Shown here: piece after piece, positions 31,172-39,717 of the stretch
How the letters are laid out: each line of letters opens with the position of its first letter
Numbering within the stretch: position 1 is the stretch's first letter
Source: Naegleria gruberi
Lineage: Eukaryota
Length of the DNA: 64,000 nt
NCBI GenBank assembly: GCA_000004985.1
Contig: GG738865.1
Reading direction: 5' to 3' (one strand)
Position numbers and translations under genes: made by a program
Notes under the pieces: model-generated
Seen by the model: the letters and a program-made list of their open reading frames with translations, nothing else
What the model was told of the DNA's origin: nothing
Databases searched by the model: none

Positions 31172-31243
31172 TACCAGGAACGGGATTTGAACCCATGTCT
31201 TCGGGATGGGAACCCGACATGCTAACCTCTGCACTATCCTAGT
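31172..31243 (-). tRNA. tRNA-Gly (anticodon CCC)
   Basis: Minus read ACTAGGA-TA-GTGC-AGAGGTTA-GCAT-G-TCGGG-TTCCCAT-CCCGA-AGAC-ATGGG-TTCAAAT-CCCGT-TCCTGGT-A. 5-prime nucleotide is A and acceptor has one T-G pair. Overlapping ORF 30957..31220 is spurious. Confidence 0.6.
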
Positions 31244-31329
31244 CTTCAATTTTGTTTTTAAAAAAATTTCCTCCCATCCAGTATGCTATTCGGGTGGTCA
31301 TCAACAAACAGATGAGCACTCTCTCTTTA

Positions 31330-32279
31330 TCATTTCCCTGGTATGCTCATCACTGAAATTACTTGGCAACCCTTAACGAATAGCAAGGGAAATTCCCTCT
31401 CCTTCTCAACAAGACATCTCACTCTTCTCTTTCTGTTACGACTATTCTTCTTCTTTGTGGTAGTGGTGGTGGTGGTGGTGGATGGAATCATTATTCCTCT
31501 TTCCCTATCCAATGTCTTTTGTTTTTTAAATCTAATTTCCAATTCCTTGTAATTTTCCTTCACATCTAATAGTATCTGTGATGATGATAACAAGTGTTAA
31601 TAATTTAATATTAATAATTAAATATAATTTAAAGATAACTTACCATATTGAAAAACTTATCAAAACCAGATAATACTCCTTCTAACTTGCTGTGTCCATG
31701 TCTAGTTTTAACCATGACACCAACTCTCTTCTTCTCCATCACTGCCTGATATAACAAACCGAATGAATGTTGGGAAGAGGATACAGATGCTTGGCCATAC
31801 TTGTGTTCTAGAAAACCTCTGTATGTATCCTTATGGGCCAATGTTGGCAAATCCTTCACATCTGGAAGGTTAGATTTAACAATGGACTCATCACTCGATT
31901 GCTTCTGTTCTGATGATGACAAAGATGATGAAGATGAACTGCCGGCTGCAACAATTTGATCATCACGATCCACCACAACACAAGATTCCTTCTTCTCTTC
32001 CTTGTTGATCTGTTGTTTCTGCTTTTGCTGTTTTGGCTTGTTCTTCAACAATAATTGATCTAAATTAATTGCATCAAATGTCTTGTATGGCTTGATATTA
32101 GATATTGGTGGGATCATCACATCATCATCAGCATCAGTAACACTGTTATTATTATTATTCTTATCAACAGATCCAAACAGTGCTATCAGTGGATCAAAAT
32201 CTTCCCTCAGAAACACATTCTTTCTCTCACTCATTTCCATCAAATTCAATACAATATTAACGAAAAGCGTATACTCCAA
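31330..32279 (-). CDS. Sm-like (LSm) domain protein, 2 exons (32279..31644, 31575..31330; intron GTAAGT..CACAG 68 nt), with about 190-aa N-terminal extension and a 55-aa Thr8/basic insert between the Sm1 and Sm2 motifs
   Basis: Sm1: LLYQAVMEKKRVGVMVKTRHGHSKLEGVLSGFDKFFNM|ILLDVKEN across the intron. Sm2-like LLFVKGCQVISV near the C-terminus. TTTTTTTT encoded by (ACC)8. Confidence 0.55.
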
Positions 32280-32598
32280 ATAATATCCAACACAATCTTG
32301 TTATTCGTAATGATGATGATAACGCCTTCAAACACCTCGCATCAAATCAGCACCAAATATTTGTAACGGTTTTATTTTAAAAAAAATTATTGCTCCCTCT
32401 CTCACCTTGAGAATCAACAGTTATCCTTGGTTCATCCTCTCGCTAACTAACGGCTGTGGTGTTGGAATTTTTTTATGTTGCACCAAGTTACGGTTGGGCA
32501 ATCTTCCACTAAGCTAACGTGCTGGAGGTTACCAGTTCTTCTCCGAAGAGATTTGTGAGCTGGAAGATAATTGGATATTTGAAATTGAATTTGTGAAT

Positions 32599-35500
32599 TT
32601 ATTGAAGGAAGGAAGATAATTTGTTTTGGAGTTGGTTAGTGAAATATTCCTTCATTTTGGATAATGGAGAAAAGATTTTGGATACAATTGACTTGGATTT
32701 GCTGGAGATCATGATCATGGTTGAAGTTGGACTAGATTGCCACAAGAGACCGTAAGCAAATATTCTGAAAACTAATCCAAAACTGAGAGCGACCAGGACT
32801 AGATAGAGAATGTGATCACTTTGGTAACTGTATAGAGATAGACTCTTTACAATATTGTAATCCTCTTCATAGTTGATAATTTCACCAATGTAGAGCAATT
32901 CTCTGACATAACGAGCATGAGAAAGAAGTGGAAACATTGGAAGTGGTTGTGGCATTTCATTCAAATCGGTCAATGTTGGAGTTCCTCCACAAAACATGTA
33001 AGACAGAAAGATTATGGTTGCACATGTAATTTGTCTCAGTTGTGGACTCACTGTAATTGAAACACAGTAAGCTATTGGAAAGGTAACATAGCTCAATAAG
33101 AACATGCTTCCAAAATAGAAACCAAAACTTGCTCTAGGTGAAATGATAAAGTAAAAAGTCAAGGAAAAGAAGAAGGAAACAATGAGAACTTGCAAGTTGG
33201 CTAACAGATCCTTGACCAGAAAGTACATGATAGAATTGATACCATTCAAAGTTTCTCTGATATAATTTGCCTTTTCGTTACCAAAGACTCTCAATGAAGA
33301 CATGGCAGCTGTCAAACTACATCCAAATATTAATAAACTTGCTAGGGCTATCACGTAATCCTTTTGAGGAAGTGCACAAATTGCAATCTTATCAGTTGGA
33401 CATTGATAGACTATACTCTTATCTACAGGTCCTTGATACAAATCACCAGACTGATTCAGGAATAACAATCCCAATAGAAAACCAGCAAGTATACTCAAAA
33501 CAGCATCAAAGATAATACTCATCCAACTTCTGGCCATTTGGATAATGGATCTAATCATTAATGCAATGAATTGTTTGTAAAATGGAGAGACATCTTTGGA
33601 GTGACGAGATTTTCCTCCTTCCTTATTATTTTCCCTTTCAGTTTGCTGAGATGGAATAAGGGAAGGGGTTGATGACAACTCCTCAGCAATTGAATCAATT
33701 CTTAATTGTAATTGATTCAATTCTTCATGAGTAGCTCCAGAAACAAAATCTAAAATTTCATCTGCATTGGCACCTCTCTTGATTTTGAGAATCTTTCCAA
33801 CTTCCCTACATATCACCTCACGCTTACCTCTCAAAACAACTTGTTTAGTCTTGAAAACCATGACATCTGTAAAGAGACAGAAAGTTTCATAGGCAGGTTG
33901 ATGGATAACACAAATGACTGTTTTTCCTCCATCTGCAATTTCCTTGAGGATTTTACAAGTTTTGTTTGCTGTCAAATAATCAAGACCCTACGAATATAAA
34001 ACGATTGATATTGATGAATTTACCAAAAATAGAAAATTGATTAATATAATTAGGAAAATCAAAAAAAAACATACAGTTGTAGGTTCGTCCAAAATAAGAA
34101 CTGCTGGTTGAGTAACCAATTCAATTCCTACATTCACTCTCTTCTTTTCACCACCTGAAATTCCTCTATGCTCTTCATTTCCAATAATTGTATTCGAAGC
34201 ATCATAACCTTCCTTAATAAGCTTCAAATCTCTCAAAACCTTATCCACAACCTTTCTATGTCCATCCATATCCAAATAATCATTCCTAACAAAAGAATTA
34301 AACATGAGTGTCTCTCTTGGAGTCAGAGTATGAATCATTATATCCTGTTGTGGCACAAATCCAATTAATCTCTTTTGGGAATCGGATTTTAATTGCTTCT
34401 TGCCAATATAAACTTTCCCGCCCATTTTACCACGTGCTCTTCTACTCAGAGTGTTGATGAAAGTTGTTTTGCCACTTCCAGATTCTCCTAGAATTGCAGT
34501 GAAGGTGAATGGATGGAATTCGCCACTGCTTTCGTATAGATGAGTGTTACCTGAGAAATCTTTGAAATTCAACTTTTCGTAAGTGATTTTGGCTCCTGTT
34601 TGAGAAGTTTTGGTTTCAGATACGGATTCTTCTAGTTTCTTTGAAGGTTTCTTTAACAAATTAATGGTAATCTTTCGAATAAATAATGGAAGAAATGTGG
34701 AGATTTCACCAGAATATAAAACTCTTTGAATTCTCATGGAAATTGACAAAGTGGCAATCAAGCAGAAAATCAAAATCAAGACGAAACCAATCATGAGCCA
34801 AGTAACTTCACTCATGGAACTTTCTACATAGTAGGAACCACTGATAGTGAATGGGAAACTTGTAGAATTACTTTCTATATAATCTTCTAATGAGGATTCG
34901 GATATTGTTGTCAAGTAATCATATCCTACATAATTAGAACTATTCGAAAGTGTTTCAACTGAGTAAAAGTTGACTTGAAATAAAATTCTCACACCATAAT
35001 TTCCCTTTTCTTCAATTTCTGTTGAATTATCAACAACAGATAACGCAAATTGTTTAAAACCATATTTAGTATTAGAAGTAATCCAATAATTGACCGAATA
35101 TGGATCTAAATAATAAGAAGAGTTGTAGCTCTCAAAGGAAGATAACTCTTTAAAGTAGTAAATGTTGAATGTTGTTGGAGAATAGTAAAATAAAGTCAAC
35201 TTGTCCAAATTTTCAAAAGTTTCACTTGTAGAGTTAATGGAAATGATCTTTTGGGAGAAACATGTCTTGACGAGAGTTGAGTTGAGAGTTGGGTGCTTGT
35301 AAACGAAACCATTGTCAGTGTTGCATGTACTCGAAAATTCTTCATTGAAATAGACGAATTCTGACGAAACTCTTCCGATACTGTAGTAAGAATAATAGAT
35401 GGTTCCACTCAATATCAACATGTAAATGAAAATGAAGAGTGAAATTAACATGCAAGTGATACCATTCTTCAAAATGGATTTCCTTTCTTTCGAAGCATTT

Positions 35501-35847
35501 GTTGAGTGAGGTTTCGTATTTGGTTGATGAGTCGTAGATTGAATATCATCATATTCAGATACAATATCCAGTTGAATAGCTTCATCAAATGACGACTGAC
35601 TATCAGAATTTGCACTCACATGTGTTATTGTTGAACTCTTCACCTTCTTATTTGATTCTCTTGGAGTTTCCATTGGTTTCTCCGATCCATTTTCATCATC
35701 TTGCACCTCTTCAATAGAAATTTCATATTCTACTGAGACCTGTTGTTGACTTGCTGTTCCAAGAGTGGACATGTTTTTTTTGATTTGTAAACTAATTGCA
35801 TCAGTTTCGTATATCATTCTTTTAACCCAACAGTCAAGAAACAACAT
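32599..35847 (-). CDS. ABC transporter, ABCG-like half transporter (NBD-TMD) with extra N-terminal TM-ectodomain-TM module; 2 exons (35847..34075, 33987..32599; intron GTATGT..TCGTAG 87 nt)
   Basis: Walker A LGESGSGKTT, signature ISGGEKKRVNVGIE, Walker B VLILDEPTT|GLD split by the intron, six C-terminal TM helices (ABC2 type). N-terminal region has two TM helices flanking an about 200-aa NxS/T-rich segment. Confidence 0.8.
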
Positions 35848-36024
35848 TGAAAGTTCTAATGCAATGTTTTAATCAGTGAATTTTCTACATACCGTTGTGG
35901 TAGAATCTTCCATCAGAACACATTCAAAAACTTGTTTGTTGCGTGACGGAACATTTTCAGCTTTTTGAAATATGAACTTGGATCACAAAAATGGATCGTA
36001 CTACCAAGTTTGGAACATTTGCTG

Positions 36025-36037
36025 TTTTGGCGCCAAC
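36025..36037. promoter_or_regulatory. Palindromic E2F-like element TTTTGGCGCCAAC in the shared 420-bp bidirectional promoter of the ABC transporter pair
   Basis: TTGGCGCCAA is a perfect 10-bp palindrome. Matches the high-affinity E2F palindrome TTTSGCGCSAAA. Confidence 0.35.
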
Positions 36038-36299
36038 AATTTTCACTGAATATTCGAGTTCTTGGTAAGCAACTGCTTATCACACAATCTTCTTGTCATA
36101 CGTTGAACGGTAAATAGTTCATCATCAAAGTTTCGAATAAGTTTTCCCAACACAAAGTAACTTTCAAAGAAACTTTCAACAAAAAAATGTCAAACAACAA
36201 CTCTCAAACACTCTTTCGTCTTGGCCTTCTTCCACAGAATTATCCACTCAGTGGAATGCCTTCTGTGTGGTGCCAATTTCAATCTTGATTTTATGTTTC

Positions 36300-39200
36300 G
36301 TCATGTTGACGAGTTCATTAGTTTTTGGCTTTAGAAATATGATTCAATTTCCAAAACAACAAAAGAAGAGAAAGGAATTGAATAGAAAGGCGACTGTTGG
36401 TAATTTGAATAGTGATAAAGGTGATATGAGAAATGTTAGTGCTAATTCGTTTGTATTCGAAAGTGAAATGATTAGTTTGGGAAGAGAAGAGCAAGAACCT
36501 AATACTTTTGAACAATTGGGATCTATCGGATTGAATATTTTGAAAAAGACTGAAGAAAAACCAAGTACCACCTCATCAATTAATCAACCAATTCAGGTTG
36601 AAATTAGTAGAAACCTTTCGTCTTCCTCTGTGATGAATTCTTCAATGAAAAATCTCAAGACCATCAATACTACACCAGTTAGTTCACCTAATTTTTGGTC
36701 TCTCTACACTCCTCTTATCATTCTAATCACAATTTTATTAATTCTCTCCTTAATTTGCATCTGTATTGTAACAGCAATTTCAATTTACCAAGTTGACTAT
36801 TTAACACAAAATATTCAAACATTTAATTTAGACAATTCACATCCTGAATGGACAAACACAAGAACCATGACTGAATCTTACGGATCCACCAAGACATACA
36901 CTGAAACTCTTATCCAATTGACTTCATCTCAACAATCCAAAGCTCTCTATGGGTTGTACTCTGCCAATTCAACACTCCGCATTCTCCTCTTCAAGAATCA
37001 AAGCTTATATGATGAGTTTGATACATCCAACTCTATTAATTACTACTCTTCTGATGTAAAGGAGATTAACAAGACGAAACAGGGTGTTATTTTGAATTCA
37101 TGGAAATTGTGGAATGGAAATTCAGATTCAAGCTCACAACAAACATTTCATTTGTTAATTCAGGTGGAGAATTCATCATCTGCTTATGAAGCAATATTCC
37201 ACTTGATTGTTGAGGATGAAAACTATTCAAATGCTTCAAACTTTTTAGTTTTTGTGTGGATTTTAATTTTGGAAATTTTAGTGTGTTTGATAGTTTCGAA
37301 TCAAATTTACTTGTCAATGATTTCTTACGATCCAACCAATAAGCAACTTTTCATTAGTGAGTGGACATCTCCTTTTACATTTTTCTCGTGTAAGAAAGAA
37401 TCAGAAAGTGAAATTTCATCAAAGAAAGATGTTACAATAGAATTTAAGAATTTGAGTTTTCACAGTTTTGAGGGAAAACGAATTTTGAATAATATTTCAG
37501 GAAGAATTGAATCAGGAAAGTTGACAGCCGTGATGGGTTCAACAGGGAGTGGTAAATCAAGTTTCTTAACTGTGCTGAGTAAGAGAGCTCACTATGGAGT
37601 TCAAGAAGGAGAAATTAAACTAAATGGACGAATTCTTACAGAAAGTTTAAAGAAGGCCATTGGTTTTGTCCCTCAAGATGACATTATGATCTCAAGTTTA
37701 CAAATCTGGGAAACTCTTATGTTCAGTTCCATCTACCGATCCATGACATCATTATTCTTTCCCCTGTTTCGAAAGGTCAAAGAAACTGCCGAAATGTTAA
37801 ACATTCGCCACAAACTCTTCAGTACCATTGGTGATGTCAACAAGAAAGTCCTCAGTGGTGGAGAAAAGAAACGTCTCAATGTAGGCATTGAAATAATCAA
37901 CGAATGTCAGGTCCTCCTCCTCGACGAACCAACAAGTGGCCTGGACAGTAAGCAAGCTCTTTTGTTGTGTAAAATTCTGGCCCAGAAAACAAAGAATGAA
38001 GGGTTGAATGTTATTTGCGTGATTCATCAGCCATCTGCTGAGATTTATGAAATGTTTGATGATTTGATATTGTTTAGGAATGGTGAGATGATTGCTCATG
38101 GAGATGCCAAGCAGATTGCAAGTAAATGTGCGAAGGATATTTTGCAAATTTCAGATAATTTTGAAAAGCAAGACGAAAGTGAGGGAAAGGAGAGTGAGGA
38201 GTATAATAATCCTGGAGATTGTGTGATTGCTGCCATGGATATAATGACAGCAGAACAGCAACAGGAACTGATTAGGATTCAACCCTCCCTCAGTAAGTTT
38301 AAACTTGATAAGGGTGGATATCAAAATGAAATGTCAAATTTCATTCCTGTTCCAAATGTGCCATTCTACATTCAAGGATTGGCATTCTTATTCAGAGGAG
38401 TACTCCAAATCTTCCATGAATTCTCATCATTTGCCACTGATCTCCTCATTAACACAATTAGTGGAATTTTCATTGGCGCCATTTTTGTTGGAAGTTTAAA
38501 TTATAATGGTCAGAGTACTGAAGAAATTGCAAAGAAATGCCCAACTTATCTCTACTCGACATGTTCCCAGGCACAAGAGGATGATATTTCTGCATTTATT
38601 AGTATTTTGGTTCTTTCGATTAGTTTATCTTCAATACTGAGCTCTTTGAGTATTTTTGGAAGGGATAAGGTTGTGTTTCGTAGAGAATCTCAAAGTGGAC
38701 TCAATTCATTGGTTTACTTTTTGGTGAAGGATGTGATGGCATTTATTCCAATTAGTTTGGCTTCATTCTTTTTCACAATTTCTAGTTATTATTTGGCTAG
38801 TCCAAAAGGATCGCTGGTTGACTATTTTAAACTGAACTTTCTGATAACTGCCACAACTTATCCGATTGGATATATCATTTCCATAGCGATGAGGACTGAG
38901 ATCTCTCAGATCGCTTCTGGCTTAGTTGTGTTCGTTGTGTATTTATTCTCCGGTGTAACTCCAACTATTCCTGAAATAAGTAGTTTCTATTTTCCTTATT
39001 CCTGGCTTCCACACTTTTCCTTTTTGAGATATGCAAATGAGATATTATACTTGAATGAGTTGAAAAATTATTCATCCTACGGCAAGAGTGTTGAGTCGAA
39101 AGGTTACATTATGGAAATGATTGATGTGAATATGATGTTCATGGTTTCGTTTGCTTTCTTTTTCCATATTTTGGCAGCTGTTGTGTTGTGGCAATCTGTA

Positions 39201-39305
39201 CCTGGTTCTTATGTTAGCATTTGGACTAGTTTGATTAAGAGTAAGGTTACTTTATTCATTCAAACTATTAGAAATCTAAAAAACAAGACGAGCAAAAATT
39301 CCTAA
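36300..39305 (+). CDS. ABC transporter paralog (ABCG-like half transporter with the same N-terminal TM-ectodomain-TM module), single exon
   Basis: MGSTGSGKSSF (Walker A), LSGGEKKRLNVGIE, LLLDEPTSGLD, six C-terminal TM helices. N-terminal TM LIILITILLILSLICICIV, Asn-glycosylation-rich ectodomain, then TM FLVFVWILILEILVCLIV. Track ORF starts at a GTG (36267). First ATG is at 36300. Confidence 0.8.
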   Translation, partial: VMLTSSLVFGFRNMIQFPKQQKKRKELNRKATVGNLNSDKGDMRNVSANSFVFESEMISLGREEQEPNTFEQLGSIGLNILKKTEEKPSTTSSINQPIQVEISRNLSSSSVMNSSMKNLKTINTTPVSSPNFWSLYTPLIILITILLILSLICICIVTAISIYQVDYLTQNIQTFNLDNSHPEWTNTRTMTESYGSTKTYTETLIQLTSSQQSKALYGLYSANSTLRILLFKNQSLYDEFDTSNSINYYSSDVKEINKTKQGVILNSWKLWNGNSDSSSQQTFHLLIQVENSSSAYEAIFHLIVEDENYSNASNFLVFVWILILEILVCLIVSNQIYLSMISYDPTNKQLFISEWTSPFTFFSCKKESESEISSKKDVTIEFKNLSFHSFEGKRILNNISGRIESGKLTAVMGSTGSGKSSFLTVLSKRAHYGVQEGEIKLNGRILTESLKKAIGFVPQDDIMISSLQIWETLMFSSIYRSMTSLFFPLFRKVKETAEMLNIRHKLFSTIGDVNKKVLSGGEKKRLNVGIEIINECQVLLLDEPTSGLDSKQALLLCKILAQKTKNEGLNVICVIHQPSAEIYEMFDDLILFRNGEMIAHGDAKQIASKCAKDILQISDNFEKQDESEGKESEEYNNPGDCVIAAMDIMTAEQQQELIRIQPSLSKFKLDKGGYQNEMSNFIPVPNVPFYIQGLAFLFRGVLQIFHEFSSFATDLLINTISGIFIGAIFVGSLNYNGQSTEEIAKKCPTYLYSTCSQAQEDDISAFISILVLSISLSSILSSLSIFGRDKVVFRRESQSGLNSLVYFLVKDVMAFIPISLASFFFTISSYYLASPKGSLVDYFKLNFLITATTYPIGYIISIAMRTEISQIASGLVVFVVYLFSGVTPTIPEISSFYFPYSWLPHFSFLRYANEILYLNELKNYSSYGKSVESKGYIMEMIDVNMMFMVSFAFFFHILAAVVLWQSVPGSYVSIWTSLIKSKVTLFIQTIRNLKNKTSKNS

Positions 39306-39656
39306 TATAATGCAAAGATACCATACCACTAGTGTAATGTAATTATTAAACAATTATTATTATTATCTAATTGAGTAAAATCTTGGTTGTAGACTATCAG
39401 AAATAAACAAAATCAAACTGATGCAAATCTTGGCTTTCCAAAATGAGAATATTCATAAATACTTTTCTCTGACTCCCACTTTCCAAAAAAATCACCAATA
39501 GCAACTTTGATAATTGTAAATATCGGTTTGAGTCTTCAATGTCAGACAATTTTTTTCTTCTTCCTCATTATCCTCGGATCAGAATTGTCGTAATTTTTTG
39601 ATTTTCTTTGTGACTATTAAATAACAAACAATAAGCAGATACGTTCATGTAGGTTG

Positions 39657-39678
39657 GCGGGAAAAGTTTGGCGCCAAT
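39657..39678. promoter_or_regulatory. Composite GC element GGCGGGAAAAGTTTGGCGCCAAT (two E2F-like sites plus CCAAT), 40-60 bp upstream of ATG 39718
   Basis: GCGGGAAA and TTTGGCGC are both canonical E2F consensus variants. CCAAT box overlaps. Confidence 0.4.
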
Positions 39679-39717
39679 AATTTACATTTCCATTCATTTT
39701 TAAAACAATTTAAAAAA

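Noticed and set aside
30957-31220. 87-aa ORF on minus strand
   Set aside because: It overlaps tRNA-Gly(CCC) and AT-rich spacer. No coding signal.
31460-31490. (GGT)8/(ACC)8 microsatellite
   Set aside because: It lies within exon 2 of the LSm gene and encodes a Thr8 run. It is noted inside the LSm finding rather than as a separate repeat feature.
33976-34074. Odd C-terminal tail VCFFLIFLIILINFLFLVNSSISIVLYS on the track ORF 33988..35847
   Set aside because: This is read-through into an 87-nt GTATGT..TAG intron. Splicing restores the Walker B and D-loop (ILDEPTT|GLD).
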